Notes under the pieces: model-generated
Told to the model about the DNA's origin: nothing
Databases searched by the model: none
The model's input: the letters and a program-made list of their open reading frames with translations, nothing else
Shown here: piece after piece, positions 26,601 through 49,646 of the stretch
How the letters are laid out: each line of letters opens with the position of its first letter
Numbering within the stretch: the stretch's first letter is position 1
Position numbers and translations under genes: made by a program
DNA from: Amoebidium appalachense
Lineage: Eukaryota > Protista > Ichthyosporea
Length of the DNA: 64,000 nucleotides
Direction: 5' to 3'
NCBI GenBank assembly: GCA_963693365.1
Contig: CAVNZM010000007.1
Location: 4,833,962-4,897,961, forward strand

Positions 26601-27076
26601 GTGTGTGTGTCTGGGTGGGTGGGTGGGTATGTGGGTATGTGTGTGTGTGTGTGTCAAAAGATAGCACCCGGCCCGAGCAGTCGTTGCTCTTCTTTTCAAA
26701 CGTTCACCGCACTTGCTAGATCCACACCATATTTGGCAAGCCGTTTACCATACCTAACCATACGGTCAAACCCCTGCCCTACAGTACCGTACCATACTTA
26801 CCTGAGCCCTATCCTACTTGTTTTACCCTCGCATACTTATTTAACCACTAACTTGTGTTCACAGGTGAAGGGTCTGGGCCAGCGTGTGAGAATACAGCTG
26901 CCGGTATGCCCCCCCCCCCCCTCCCCCCCCCCCCCTCACCACCCACCCACCCGCCCACCCTCTCCCCTCCGGCCCTGGTCACACACCCTTGTCGAAGAGT
27001 CTAAACACAGACACACAAACACACTTGCAGACACACACATCACATAGAGACACAGACATCACACAGACACACACAC

Positions 27077-27184
<108 letters not shown>

Positions 27185-27207
27185 AAGCGAGAGAGAAACG
27201 CGCGCGA

Positions 27208-27256
<49 letters not shown>

Positions 27257-27302
27257 GAGAGAGAGAGAGGGAGAGGGAGAGAGAGAGAGAGGGGGGGGGG
27301 GG

Positions 27303-27334
<32 letters not shown>

Positions 27335-27456
27335 GAGAGAGAGAGGCGAGCGTGATCACACACACACACACACACGTGCGCACGCACGCACACACAGACA
27401 GACAGACAGAGAGAGAGAGGGGGGGGGGGGGAGGAACGTGCGCGCATGTGCGCACG

Positions 27457-27525
<69 letters not shown>

Positions 27526-27686
27526 ACACAAACACGCACACTCTGATTCTTTCACTCACCCTCCCCTCCTCTTCCCCCCGCTTCTCTCTCCTCCCCCTCC
27601 CCCCCCCCCCCCCCCCTTCCGCTCTTTCCTCAACCCCCCCCCCCCCCCTCCCCCGCCACTCACCCACACCCACCCACCCACCCACC

Positions 27687-27769
<83 letters not shown>

Positions 27770-28686
27770 GCACACACACATACACATACACCTGCAGCTG
27801 ATGCTAGCCTGGGCCAATAGGATCCACAAGAGCCAAGGCATGTCTCTGGATAGAGTCACCATCGATCTGAAGGTGCCCTCCCCTACATTCCTCCCTCCCC
27901 CTGCCCCCTCCCCCCTCCCCCCCCCCCCCCACCCTACCCTGTTATTCTTGCCCACCCATCATTTTTCTACACTATTGTCACAACGTGGCATGTGTGGGCT
28001 TACCTAAGAAATGGAACCACGTATAGTAAATGCATGCACGATATATGCATGCACACACACCTGTGCCGTTAACCTCACCGGGAACAAGCTTACAACCAGG
28101 CTTCTTTAGTTGTTTATCAATCCACGACTCGAAGCCAGCTAAAACCCTCCTTCCCCCCCCCCCCCCCCCCCCCTCCCCCCTTTCCCCCTACCCCCCACAC
28201 CCCCTTCCCCAGAATGCACCCTCCCCCCCCCCCCCCCCCCCCCGAATTCCTCCTCCCCCCCCCCCCCCCGAATTCCTCTTCCCCCCCCTCTCCCCCCCCC
28301 CCCCCCCATGTGGCCTACGATCACCAATACCCTCCCATACATTACAATATGCTCACGCAGGAATCCACTGCGCTCACTCTCCCTGAGCAAAACCACAACA
28401 CACGCTGAACTACCGAATCGCTCACAGCGGTTCCATTCTGTTGACCAAACTCTCACCCGCTTATTCCCCCCCCCCCCCCCTTCCCCCCCCCCCCTCCCCC
28501 CCCCCTCCCCCCCCCCCCCCCCCCCCCCCCCCGCCGCCGCCCCCACCATCACCATCACCATCACCACCGCCATCACCACCACTACACTCACACGTGCATT
28601 TATTAGCACACAGAGGCACACACCCACACAGCACGCACATAAACACCTGCACACAAATTGCACGAGTGCACCCGCACGTGCGCATG

Positions 28687-28771
<85 letters not shown>

Positions 28772-29574
28772 CACACAGGACACGTTTACCGAGGGCCAGG
28801 CATATGTTGCCATCAGCCGTGCCACGTCACTGGATGGCTTGGAGCTGAGAGGCTTTTCAAGGAGGCAAGCATACCTTCCCTCCCCCCCCCCCCCCCCCCG
28901 GCACCCTCCCCTCCCCCCCCCCCCCCCCCCCCCCCCCCACGCACACACACCCCACTACCACTACCACAACCACGGCTAGGGTGCCAAACTCCACCCGTCA
29001 CCTCTTCTGCAATATTTTGCACCCCCAAAACACCAGCCACCTCTTTTCCCTTCGACCTTTTCCTAATGAGTACCCGGGTCCTTACAACTTCATGTTCCCA
29101 AGACTCTTTGATCTCCCCATCCCCTCACTTTGTGTTCATTCATCCCTCTCCTATTGCCTGCTGCCGTAACCAACCCCCCTTCCCCCCTGCCCCCCTCCCC
29201 TTTTCCCGTCCCCCCCTCTTCCCTTCCCCCCCTCCCCCCCTCCCCCCTCCCCCCCCCCCCCCTCTTCCCCCTTCCCCCCCCCCCCCCTCCCCCCCCCCCC
29301 CCCCCCCCCGCCCTCCCCCCCCAAAGAATCCAACACACACATTCACTGACTTTTGTCCCCTCATCAGGGTTGCACGAGCACACCCCCTTGTCAAGACCTT
29401 CTACGACCATCCACCCGGGCAGAGCATTGACTGCCTGTGGGATGGCCAGCCAATGGGCAATGGCGTAGCAGAGAGATACCTCCAGTCGGTGGCCCAGAGC
29501 ATGTGAATGAGAGTGTGCACGGGCACAGATACATGTGGACCCCCCCCGACCCCCCCCCCCCCCCCAAAAAAAAA

Positions 29575-29605
<31 letters not shown>

Positions 29606-29638
29606 GCGCGCGCGCGTGCATGGGCGCATGTGCACGCA

Positions 29639-29692
<54 letters not shown>

Positions 29693-30654
29693 ACACTGCA
29701 CGCATGCACGCGCGCACACACACACGCACACAGACCTCCCTAGCTTGCCTGCTTGTCACTGTAAATAATGGTTTGTTTGGGTGGATCCAGGTGTGTGGGT
29801 GTGCAGTGGTGTGTGTACCCACGGGTACACGTGGGTGGGTGGGCTGGGTTGGACGGATGGGTGGCCGGGTGGGTGCTTGTATATTGGGGGCAGGGGGGGG
29901 CGAGGGGGGGGGGGGGGGGGGGGTAGATTTAAGCCAGGATTCAGGTTGATATGTACGGCCTTTTTGTCCAAAGTTTAATGCATGCAAATGTACGAGACAT
30001 GATGATAGGGAGCTCAAGAATGTGTATTTTCTTTGGTTTTTAAAAAAAGATATTTGCGAGTGCCGTCTTACTTATGTACATGCGTGCATATGCTAAAACT
30101 GCCATAAAGCTATCATAATAAATCATTCTTGTATGAGTGGAAACATTCCTGCAGTGTGGTTGCAACAATTGATCAATAACGGCGGAAAAACACACTTGCA
30201 TGCCCTTGCGAGAGGAGTAGGTTCAATATGTGCGTTATTCATGAGTGTACGTGTGTGTCCGACCGTGTGTGCGCGCACCTGTGCCCACATGCATGGGTGT
30301 GTGTGTGTGTGTGCAGTGTGTACATGTCTGTGTGCATGTATGTGTGTGTGTGCAGATGTGCCTGCGTGTGTGCATGCGCATGTAATGTATCATACGGTGG
30401 GCAGCATGCAGATACATGCATTTATTTGGCTACGTATACGTAAGCACGTGCGCGGAATCTTAGATGGGCAGATAATGGCGGCCGGTACATCATGATGTAC
30501 ATGCTGGATGTGGTAGTGTGCGTGGGTATGTGCGGTGGGTTGGGGCCCGGGGGAGGGGACGGGAGGGGGGGCCGAGGGGTTCGGTGTGTGTGCGTTTGTG
30601 TGTGGTGGTGGTGTGTGTGTGTGTGTGTGTGTGTGGAGGGGGGGGGAGGGGGGG

Positions 30655-30870
30655 GTTGCATGCGAAATACGGTACGAAGTATACATGCGATACACGATGA
30701 AGCTATGAGAAGCATGGTGCAGGGTCGATGCATGCATGCAAAGGCAAACATTCATCACGGTATGTGTCATAAGCAGAGCCCATCCTCGGGGAGGGCCCAA
30801 GTCATCAATTGCATCTGAGTTTCGAACCCTTAGCCCGCGTCTATACGACCCTCCAACTCAGACAGCAGGA
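30655..30870 (-). mobile_element. Poly-C-associated dispersed repeat, long subfamily B copy (intergenic)
   Basis: Shares GTACGAAGTA…GCAAAGGCAAACATTC…AAGCAGAGCCCATCCTC…GGCCCAAGTCATC…CAACTCAGA with other copies. G-runs on both sides on the + strand. Confidence 0.75.
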
Positions 30871-30880
30871 TCAAATTTGT

Positions 30881-30921
<41 letters not shown>

Positions 30922-32148
30922 CTGGGGGCACTATCCATGATGCTGCTATAGAAGGAGGGGTAATCATGAAATAATATTAATTATCACTCTTGCCATATAC
31001 GAGGATTCCGGCCTGTGTCACAGACATGCAGCCAATACAACTACAGCGGAGTGGGGTGTTTCAAAAGAGGCTTTAATCTTCATTATTTATACCTCACCCC
31101 CCCTCCGAACCCACCCATCCACGCACACCCTTGACTCATAGTTTACATAGCCACAAACAGCACAACCAAGCCAATTAAGAACAAGATTTAGAGGTTAAAT
31201 CAACCATCAACCACGATTCACAGTTCATTAAAACCCCACCATACAAAAGCCGCTCCCCCCCCCCCCCCCCCCCCCCCCCCCCCGCACACACCCACCCACC
31301 CCCATCACCACCACCACCACCAGCAGCACCATCCCTTTTAGGCAAAGGAACAAAAACAAAACAAATGTTGGCCTTTAAAATAGAATTCAGTTTCAAAGAG
31401 CTTTATCTTATGCTCGATCCATCAAAGGCGCACACCATCTTTAGATTCAGCAACCCCACATAACATGTCCCTTCATCATATACCATTGATCTAAAAATTT
31501 CTAACGAGTGTTTTTTTGGGGGGTCTCATTACCCAAAAAGGGGGTGTCTAAACTTTTCCCTGCCCCCTAAATTCAAAACCCTATTTTGCAAGCCATGGCA
31601 GCCTACAGATACCCAACCCAGACCCTAAACAAATCAGAAATTCACAAAAAGAAACCCCTCCATGGAATCTCCCTCGAGTCAAAACTCTTTGCATGTTTGT
31701 CTCAATCTGTGTCAGTCTGTGTGCATTGGACATACGCCAAGACATGCACGGTGTTACACAACGATGCAAATTCGCCCCGCCGAATCTATTCCTACCCGGT
31801 GAAAAGCAACCAACTAAACAAAACAAAGAAACGCCGGTGAGTAATACAGCAGTGTGTGTGGTGTATGGTGTAGCAAAATCAGAGCCAGAACTCCAACCAT
31901 AGCTTTCCAAACCATTGCCAGCAAGCATTCATAGAGCCATTTCATTTTCAAAAACCGGCTCATAAAAAAACCGGCTCATATCAAAAAATTTCCATTGCAT
32001 CAAGAATACCTCTCTCTCTTTCTCTCTTTCAAGCTCCGCGCCGAGACCCCGAGACCAGGTAGGTAATCGGGCCAGTACATTTTCAGCCAATGGCGGGTAG
32101 GGCCAATCGGTCTATTTTTAGGTGGCAGCAGGTCGGGGCATTCTATTT

Positions 32149-39542
<7,394 letters not shown>

Positions 39543-40857
39543 TTCGACCTTCAAGCCAAGTTCACTCGGTAAGAGTCGTGTGCTTGACACTTGCTACTTG
39601 AGCCAGTTGAGCACAGCACACAATGGCACAATCTCCGTAGCTGCCATAAAGCAAGCGGGTTGTCTGTATTTAAATAACACCCTTTCTCAATGCCCTAGCG
39701 CCAAATAGGTAGAAAAGCACTCCGTATGCTCTGGTATGAACCCAAGGCACACACGCCCTTCTTCTTCAACCCTGAAGCTGTCTCTGTCGTTGTTAACAGT
39801 CAAGCTAACCAAGAAGTTTGTTGCCAGCCCTTCCAGAATATTGAACCACTATGCCTTACGAAAATCTAAAAACCAAACACTACAGGCTCTCTTGTGCGTG
39901 CGGTCTTTTCTATACCTAGTATAGGCACCGTGAAGTTTTTATTTTTTGTTTTTTTTTCGCCCCGGCGTCTCCGCCTTTCCGTGCAGTGAGACGGTTCTGC
40001 GCTGAGATGTTGTGACCGAGCTGCGATAAAATTGCCCGTGCGTTGTGTATCCCCCTAAAGCCAAATTGCAAAATTTCCGAGCAAACAATTTTTTAATCTG
40101 AAGGGGAAATTATTCAAACCTTGTTCTTCCAAGGAAAACCGTTATTATTGCAGGCGGCCGTACAAGCCGTTACTAATGTTTTTTTTTCTGTTTTAAGAAA
40201 AATATTTATGTAGGATATTTGAACTGTTATTGCTTCTAGGATGAGGTTATGTCTTTTTAGCTTTCAAGTTTTACTAAGCATATTTAGAAAACGTGCATGG
40301 GATAGTCAACTCACTTGGATAAAATTCATCAGGAGCAGGTTTCAGAGGTTTGGGCTTTCTCTCATACGCCAATCAAATGCACCCTAAGTCAGCAAAACAG
40401 CGTATCCGACCAATCAGAATTTTTGTAGTTGTCACTGGACTGAGCCCATGTGATTGGTTCAACACGCACCTTCGCACCGTGAATCAGTGATACGTCAACA
40501 CCAGACATCTCTTGACATCACACATGCACGTGCTCTGTTCATAGACGAGGTTCAAAGAAACCAAAGTGTGTTTCAAACCACAACTGTAAGTTTTTTACAG
40601 TAGTTCACCGGGTTGTCCTGTGCGGGCTGTATGACACTACAGATACCACATCAACAGGTTGGTGCGGTGTGATCATGATATTAGGGATCCCCATTCTAGA
40701 TCTGGAACGATCCCAGCAGTACTAATCTGAGTAGTCACGGTCGTGGTATCCGTGCTGCATGCCTTGAGGGGGCGGGCCGGGCCGGGACCTAGTCGGCAAA
40801 GACTAACCGTTGTGTGAGCGTGTGTGTGTGCAAGCGGGGTGGAGGCCCTGGAAGGGT

Positions 40858-40909
<52 letters not shown>

Positions 40910-41028
40910 CTCGATTCCTCTGCTCATGTATCGTGCATGTACAATACATGTACGGTGATGGGGCCCCCAGATGTCGACTCGATCGTACACTGTGAGGAGA
41001 CACCTAGCGGTCTGGGATGACGAATAGT

Positions 41029-41074
<46 letters not shown>

Positions 41075-41736
41075 GGGGGGGATGGGCCCGGATGTCACGG
41101 AGAGGGGGCCCGGAAGGGCCGGGAGGTAGGGACCTAGGGGTGGGGATCCGGAGGGGGCTTATTATCATTAGTAACTTAATTAAAATAGGGGGATCCAGAT
41201 TAAAATAGACATGTTTTACCATAACACAATCTAGATAGTATATTAAACACGTCCACACATAACATCATAACATAAATATTAATAAAAGGGGGAGGTGTAC
41301 ATAGAGGAGAGAGGGACTCACTGAGTGTGGGGCTCGGCCGGAATATGAAGTGTTGTTTGGTCTAAGATGCCTGGGTTCCCAAACTTGATGGTCAACAACA
41401 GGGACATTAATTGGTTGCTAATTAATATGGCAGCCTATGGAGGGCCCCGGGGGGAGGGGGGAGGGGGGGAGAGGGGGAGGGGGGGGGGGGGGGAAGAGAG
41501 GGCATTTTCAAAGAAATCACTTGGGGGCCGGGGGAGGGGGGGGGGGGGGGGGTTGTTGGGGATTGTTGGGGGGGCTTTCTTTTATAATGATAGTTATTGA
41601 TTAAATGGAATGGGAAATTTCGGAGCGGTGATCAGGAAGTGTACACAAGCGTTTGATTGGGGGGAGAGGGGAAGAGGGGGAGAAAGGAGGGGGGGCGGGG
41701 GGTGGTGGTGGTGGTGGGGGGGGGGGGGGGGGGAGG

Positions 41737-41779
<43 letters not shown>

Positions 41780-41865
41780 TCGGACCGCATGGCACGATGT
41801 AATTGATCGTGAAACAGCAGCCAACATTAGGCTACCGTCACCATCTATTGCCGGGGGGCCGAGGT

Positions 41866-41900
<35 letters not shown>

Positions 41901-41995
41901 GGGGGGGGGGGGGAGGGGTAGTAGGAGGAGAGGGAGGGGGCCGGGGTGGGGGTTGGGTGGGGGGAGTGAGTGAGGGGGAGGAGGTGTACAGGGCC

Positions 41996-42026
<31 letters not shown>

Positions 42027-43923
42027 GAGGGCCTTGAATTAACATCTCGTGGGCAACTCAGGGGATTGGACCGTTAAAAAATCAAACTTATCTGGTTTCA
42101 CATTGGCGACGGTTACCCACGCCGCTGATCACCCTGAAAACAGTGGTCTCTCGGTCGAGGGGTTTAAAAAAAAATCATGAGTGGGTTGTTTTTTCCGGAA
42201 AATGAGAAACTTTGTGACTTCAACTCCAGTCTACTGATTGCCCATCTAGATTTAGGTTGGTGCGGCTGCGTACTTGCAGCACATATTGTATCCCCCCCCC
42301 CCCCCCCCATCCCCCCCCCCTCCCCTCCCCCCCCCCATCCCCCCCCCCCCCCCCCTCTGCCCTCCCCCCCCCCCCATCCCCCCCCCCCCCCCCCACCCGC
42401 CCCATCTTCTTCCCCTCCCGACCAAATTATTCCCCAATCATTATGGGCTCTACTCCTCTTTCCCGAAAGTCACCTCTCTCTCAGTTCCTATCAGAGAGAT
42501 CCAGCACAACTTGATCATTCAATCGAACTGATTTTAGGCACCAAACTATCACGAGGCCTAGGCTAGAATCTCGGCTCAACTTCACTCAGTCTGTACGAGA
42601 GTGTACGGCCGGGAAAGTGAGGGCTAAGAAAATCCACATATCATGCCATTGGGAAATGGATTTTGGGAGGTGTGGAGGCGTGGCCGGATGAAGTGTCGTT
42701 TGACAAAAAGCCTGAGTTCCGGAATTTGATGTGACGGTGAACAACAAAAATTTCAGTGGTAGCTGATCATGGCTTAACCGGTGAACCGGGGGGAGGGAGA
42801 GGGGGGGGGGGGGGGGGGAAGGGGGGGGGGGGGGGGGGGGGGATCGCTGGGTGGGTTGGTGGTGGTGGTGGTGGTGGGGGGGGGGGGGGGGGGGGTGTTG
42901 TTTTGTGTGGGTAAACGGAGAAGCAGAGTGCACAGATGGGTGTTATGATATACACAACACACAGACACACAGGAAAAACACAACCGGAGAGGTGGAACGG
43001 TTTCTGAGACGATTTGAAATGTTTTCAACTGCTTGATATTTATTTCAAGATGAAGTCCTTTTTATACACAGAGATGTGGTACCGACAAAGGCTAAGCCAA
43101 TCAAAAGAACGAAAACTATTACAGAGGGCAAATAAATCGAAATACCTGTCGACACATAGAAGATAAATCGTAATTATGTAATGAAAGCACGGAAAGATTT
43201 ACTAAAGCTAAATAAATGAAACCATTTATATATCTATTAGTTCACATCATATATTTATACATGGTCCTAATATAAACACGTCTAAATTTAAGTATTCCTA
43301 ATAGCTGGGGAACATAGAGCAAGTCTACTAGGTCGTGGGAAAAGAAGGAAAAGGAATGAGGATAGAAAGGAATGGAATGGGAAAGGAATCGAGTGGAATA
43401 AAGGAGGAATGTACGCTTCTATATTTGGGGATATTAAACGAGATCTGATTGGACAACTATCGGACACGTACGCATCATTAAATTTAGTATTGGAGAGGGG
43501 TAAAAGACGCAAACAACATTACACGTACGTGGGCCAGGTGGCTCGGTGTGTACACAGATCAACAATATCTGTGCACACGGAAACGGGAAAGAAAGAAAGG
43601 GGAAAAAAGGGGGAAAGGAAACGAACAACAACAAACTAATAAACATATGTATAACTCAACTTCTAAGCTCTTGCCGTTATCCATGTGTAGATGACAGGGG
43701 GGGGGGGGGGGGGAGAGGGGGCTGGGGGTTGAGAGGGGGGGGGGGGGGGGGATCGCTGGGTGGGGTGGGGGTGGTGGTGGTGGTGGGGGGAGGGGGGGGG
43801 GGGAGGGGGCTGGGGGTTGAGGGGGGGGGGGGGGGAGGGAGGGGGGGGGGGGGGAGGATGGGTGGGTGAGTGTTGGTGACGGTGAGTGGGTGGAGGGCGG
43901 GGAGGGTTCAAAATTTCCGGGGC

Positions 43924-43958
<35 letters not shown>

Positions 43959-44487
43959 GGGGGGGGGGGGGGAGGGGGGGGGGGGGGGGGGGGGAAGGGG
44001 GCAGGGGGATGGGGGTTCAACAACGTGCAAGTTATCAAAGTTATCAGGCCCCAAACACCCTACTACGATGCGGTTAGAACGCCAGGCTGAGCATGACTCC
44101 TCAGACTGCGTGGGTGTGCAGGCGAGTATGTGTGTGTTTTTATTTTATTTTATTTTTTTGGGGTGGGGGGGGGGGGGGGGGGGGGGGGGAGGGGGGAGGG
44201 GGGGAGGGGGGGGGGGGGGGGGGGGAGGTGGGGGGGGGAGGTTCTGCATACTATCGACATGCCCCAGCCTGTGAACAGACTATAGATAACGTCATTACGA
44301 GATATAATTATCATAAATCACGTGGATTCATGTGCGCCGCGCGCGCGTACGCCGCGGGCGCATGTGTGTGTGTGTATGTGTGTGTGTGCGCATGCGTCCG
44401 TAAATGTGTGCTTGTGCACCTTTGTGTCTCAGCCACTTTTCTCTCTCTCTCTCTTTTTTTCTTTCTTTTTTCGTGTATATCTAAAGG

Positions 44488-44562
44488 TGACGTAGCTATG
44501 ACGTAATACTTCATGATGACGTCAGTTGAACGAGCCGGACCTAATTTGTTTTGCCCATATAT
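44488..44562 (+). promoter_or_regulatory. Cluster of three CRE/ATF-like sites (TGACGTA, TGACGTAA, TGACGTCA) plus a TATA-like element upstream of the F-box gene
   Basis: Sites at 44488, 44499 and 44517, CATATATG at ~44556, and the putative ATG at 44866. Confidence 0.45.
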
Positions 44563-44865
44563 GGCATTGTTTTTTTGAACATTTTGGCAGTTGGACCCCT
44601 GATCATGATCTTCGGAGGCCTTCAGTGTTGGTAACACGGCCCTCGGGGGGACATGACCAGTGCGTCTTAGAATGGTTGACCTTGTGAGATGTGCCTGTTT
44701 TCCGAAGACTTGGTAAGGTGGAGAAGACCGTTAGTATAAAACGTTGACTGAGCCCTTGTGACGAGGGTCGTGTTTGTTTCTACCTTTCTACCTCCATACA
44801 CCAGCAGGATCCAAGTGACGAACAAGGAACTGCCCAAGTAGTTGTGGTCTGGTGTGCAAGATAGT

Positions 44866-44921
44866 ATGGCGGGACATCCTAGCGTTGCCGGCGAGGTAAG
44901 TAAACACACACATACACACAT

Positions 44922-44976
<55 letters not shown>

Positions 44977-45056
44977 TACATACATGCGCGCGTGCACGCA
45001 CATGCACACACATACACACACACACACACATACACACACACACACACACACGCACA

Positions 45057-45141
<85 letters not shown>

Positions 45142-46345
45142 TCTCTACACAGGCACGCATTCATTTGCCAACAAAGAACAGTAACAGTCATGATCCAACA
45201 CTAACACCAAAAATTATAAACAAGTCAGTGAAAAACTAAACCCATTAAAGCAGGCATCGTATTTTCACATCACCCTCTTGCATGCCCATTTGGATATTCC
45301 TTGCGATGTACACAAAAACATAGCCAGTACACACGCCACCCCCATCCCCCCATCCCCCATCCCCCCACCGTAACACAACACACCCATAACCATGCGTTGC
45401 GGCACACACATACCCACGTGCGCTGCCACTTGCGCGCGTACATGGACCCCCCCCCCCCCCCCCCTCCAAGCATAAAAAAACATTATCTTGATCTGATACC
45501 CGACGATAACCTTGGAGCTCATGTTTTTGTGATGGCATTCCACTATTAAGAAGTTGTGTTCTAGCTCATATACACATTCTTGCTTCCTAGTCTCTCTCTC
45601 TTTCCCTTCCCCTCTGTCCCCCCCCCCCCCCCCCCCCCCCCCCTCCTTCCTGGCTCGCTTTGATTGAACATTCCCCCCCCCCCCCCCCCCCCCCCCCCAC
45701 GCCACCACCACTACCCATCCACCAGGCAACCCTCCTCAGCCTACCCAACGACATCCTCTGTCACCTGACCGTGTTTCTTCGTGTCCGTGACCGTCTAAGC
45801 CTCTCCCATGTGTGTCGGCGCTTTCAGAGGGTTACACGTATGCCTGCATCCGGCCCTCTGCATGTGGTGTTGTTTTTGGGCCGTGAGAATGCAAAGGGGA
45901 GGCTGTTTGTGCCTGAGGGGTTAAGGGCGTGGGGGGCAACCGTGACGAAGGTTACGTTTGAATGTCCTGTGCGTATGTGCCCCCCCCCCCTCCCCCCTCC
46001 CCCCCTGCACACACACACATAAACATACACACGCCCCCATATCCCCCTCTGCTCTCCCATGCGCCCTCCTCCCCTCCTTATCTCTCCCCCTGCAATTTTT
46101 TGTTGAACACAAAACAACACACATGAAGGCTTGCGGATACACAGGTTTTCTGTACATATGTACAGACACATACACAACACGCAAGCACACACAAACGATG
46201 GAAAGCGCATCCACGTGCACCCACCCACCACCAAACAAACACATGCCCCCCCCCTCCCCCCCTCCCCCCCCCCCCCCCCCCCCCCGAACGCCCTCCCTCC
46301 TACATCTTGCGGAAACACACAAACCGAATCTCGATCTTATTCTTC

Positions 46346-46382
<37 letters not shown>

Positions 46383-46593
46383 CCCCCAGCGTCCAATAAC
46401 CACCGTGATTCACTTCATGTGCGCACTCACCGACACCAACCCCACGCTCCCCCCCCCCCCCTCCCCTCCCCCCCCCCCCCCACACACACACACACGAACA
46501 CACACACACATAAAACCACCCATCTACCTATCAGTAATTTTCCCCACGACCGTGTCCGTTTGCCACCACATCTCCTCCTCATGCCTTTTTTCT

Positions 46594-46637
<44 letters not shown>

Positions 46638-47931
46638 TACCACACACACACACACACATACATGCACAAACACCCACCCACCCGACCACACGTACCCACC
46701 CACACACACGTACACCCACACCTACATACACATACACATTTAGCCAGACAACCGGGGGACTATGATTCATGGGCGGGTGCGGAAGTGAGTGAATGCCTCT
46801 CTTTCATGGTTTCCGCATGCCCCCGTCTAGAAACTCTCGAAGTTTCCACCATCCACCCAAGCAGTTGCCTAACTAGCGTCATAACATTCCTTATCATGTG
46901 TCCGGATAAATTTAAGAACGTCACGCTCCGGATACAGGCGCATTCCTCAGGCCAGTGTGAGTTAAACATTCCCAAAGCGCTAAACATTTCGAATTTGACG
47001 GTGGAATTTAACGGATTCTAGACGGCCGCGACCCATTCCGTCTCCAACATTGTTAAGACGTGGAGGGGCGCCAATAAGCCAACCTTCCCCCCTGAAATGC
47101 CACATTTGAAAAGAGTTAAACTGGGCGAACCGTGGGGTTCCGTAGACCGTGGAAGCTCAGACATTTCTTTTTTGGAAGTGGCGTCAAACTTGGAGGAATT
47201 GTGCGTGGATATGGTTTCAGGGAGGGATCTGGGGCCATTGAAGGGGTGTGTCAACCTCAGGCGGCTGTGTTTTGGCCATGAGAGGATGGACGATATGTCA
47301 GCGTTGAGGGGGTGCACACAGTTGAGCCACTTGGAGGTGTTTTTTAGGCACGAGGTGTGGTTTGCTGCGTCAATACCACCACTACCGTCTCTAAGGTTTC
47401 GAGCCCCCCCCCCCCCAAAAAAAAAAAACAAAAAAAAAACAAACAAAAAAAAACATTCCGTGTGTGCTTTGCAATCTGCTGTGTGTTATTCGTCGCAAAT
47501 GTGTACTCATTATTGTTCTTTAAAACACATCCCACCCCCTTCCCCCTCCCTCCCCCTTCCCCCTTCCCCTTCTGTTGACTTCTTAGATTGCTGAACTTGA
47601 ACGACCCTGCTTGTCTTTGGCCAAGACGGGCTGATTGCCTTTTGCTGTTGAAACAAAGTATGGTTTGGGAACCATGCAAACGGTTAAAGAGTCGAAACCC
47701 ATGCCTATGTGGAGGCATAGGAACCCCCTGATGATTGGCTCTGTTCAATTGTCTTCTGCCTTCAATGGTTTCCCCCTTACTCCCCCCCTCCCCCCTCCCG
47801 CCCCTCTCCCCCCTTCTTCCTGCTTTGTCAATCCCGCGCTGTACTTTTGATGCAAGAACCCCAAATCCCCACCCCCCACCCCAACATGAAACCCTCCCTA
47901 CCCCCTCCCCCCCCCGTGTGTCCCCCCCCCC

Positions 47932-47962
<31 letters not shown>

Positions 47963-48022
47963 ACATACACGCACACACACGCACGCCCGCCCACACGCAC
48001 ACACACACACGCACACAACACA

Positions 48023-48089
<67 letters not shown>

Positions 48090-49083
48090 ACCGGAATACA
48101 CACAGCCCCCCTTCCCCTCCCCCCAACCCCACCTCCCCCCCCCCCCCCCCCATACACAGTACACACACCTCCCCCCTCCCCTCCACACACACGCACATGT
48201 ACATGTACACATACAGGTCCCTACGTGTAGCTGGGTATGCCAGCATTGCCCACCCCGACCTCACCTTCCTCAGTGGCATGGACAATCTCACGAGCCTAAC
48301 CCTCGAAATTGAAGTCGGACCCCCCGTCCAAACCTGCCACCTGAACAGCCTGCACACCCTGTGCCCAAATTTACGTATTTTTGATTTCCAATCCCGGGAT
48401 CCAGACATTGAAACCCTGTCCGGCCTTTCTTCACTACAGCATCTCACCCACCTTACGGCGCGTCTGACTGGTTACCGTCACAACCAGGTTAGGAAATTTT
48501 GTTTTGGACCCCCGGGGTCCTTCAAAAAACTGAAATTTCTCTCGCTGTCGTGCTCTGTGGATAGCTACGACCTATCGACCCTGGAGGGATCGACCGAACT
48601 CGAGACGATTGAGATCGATTTGGCATTTGCAAAGAACGAAAACACCACGTTGTCGCCTATGAACTTCCCCAAAATTAAGTAAGTAAGGTTTTTTTTTTTT
48701 TTTTTCCCTTTCATTTTTGACATACCAGTGAAGATTTTTTTTGGACACTTGAAGGTCTTAAAAGAGATGCTACACCAGGGAACAGCATGTGTGATCTGTG
48801 TGTGTGTGTATGCTGTGTGGATATATGGTATGTGGGTGCGTCTCTCCTCTGTGTTGACATGCTCCGTTTGTTTCACTGGTGGGAAGTTGGGGCAGAATTG
48901 GGGAAGAGTGGGAGAAGGGGGGGGGGGAGGGGGGGGGGGGGGAGGGGGGGGGGGGGAAGCAAGCTTGTGCTGTATGTGTCGTCTTTTGCAATCATTTACT
49001 GCTCACACCTGTTATCCCCCCCCCCCCCCCCCCCCCCCCCACGCATGTGGGCCTGCAAGTGCGCGCGCGCGCGCACACACGCA

Positions 49084-49132
<49 letters not shown>

Positions 49133-49599
49133 CGAGCCTCTCCGACACCCCTCTGCCATCTTCCCCCTTAACACCCTCGAACTCCCCCCCCCCCCCCCCC
49201 CCCTCCCCTCTCTCTTACAGGTCAGCAACACTTACAGGGCGCGATCTTTGTCGTCGGGGCGTGGAATGGCTTTCCACAGGCACACACTCACTCGAACGAC
49301 TCACCGTACGTGATAACAGCTACTCATTTATGCCCGGCAACCCGACCCTGTTCCCTCCTATCCAGGGGGTTACCGAGCTGACTTTAATCGGTTCCCACTC
49401 GGTCACGCTGGCCGGGATTAAAGAATGGGGGGTGCAGCTCAAGCGACTGAGGCTGGTAGGGATGGAGTGGTTGGAGACCATGCACGGGTTGAGTGAGTGC
49501 ACACAGCTGACTGCGCTGATATGTGAAAGGTGCTCGGATCTGAGGTGGGTCGGTTGGGGGAGGGGGGTTGCCCCTTGTTGTGTGTGTTTGTGGGTAGGT

Positions 49600-49646
<47 letters not shown>

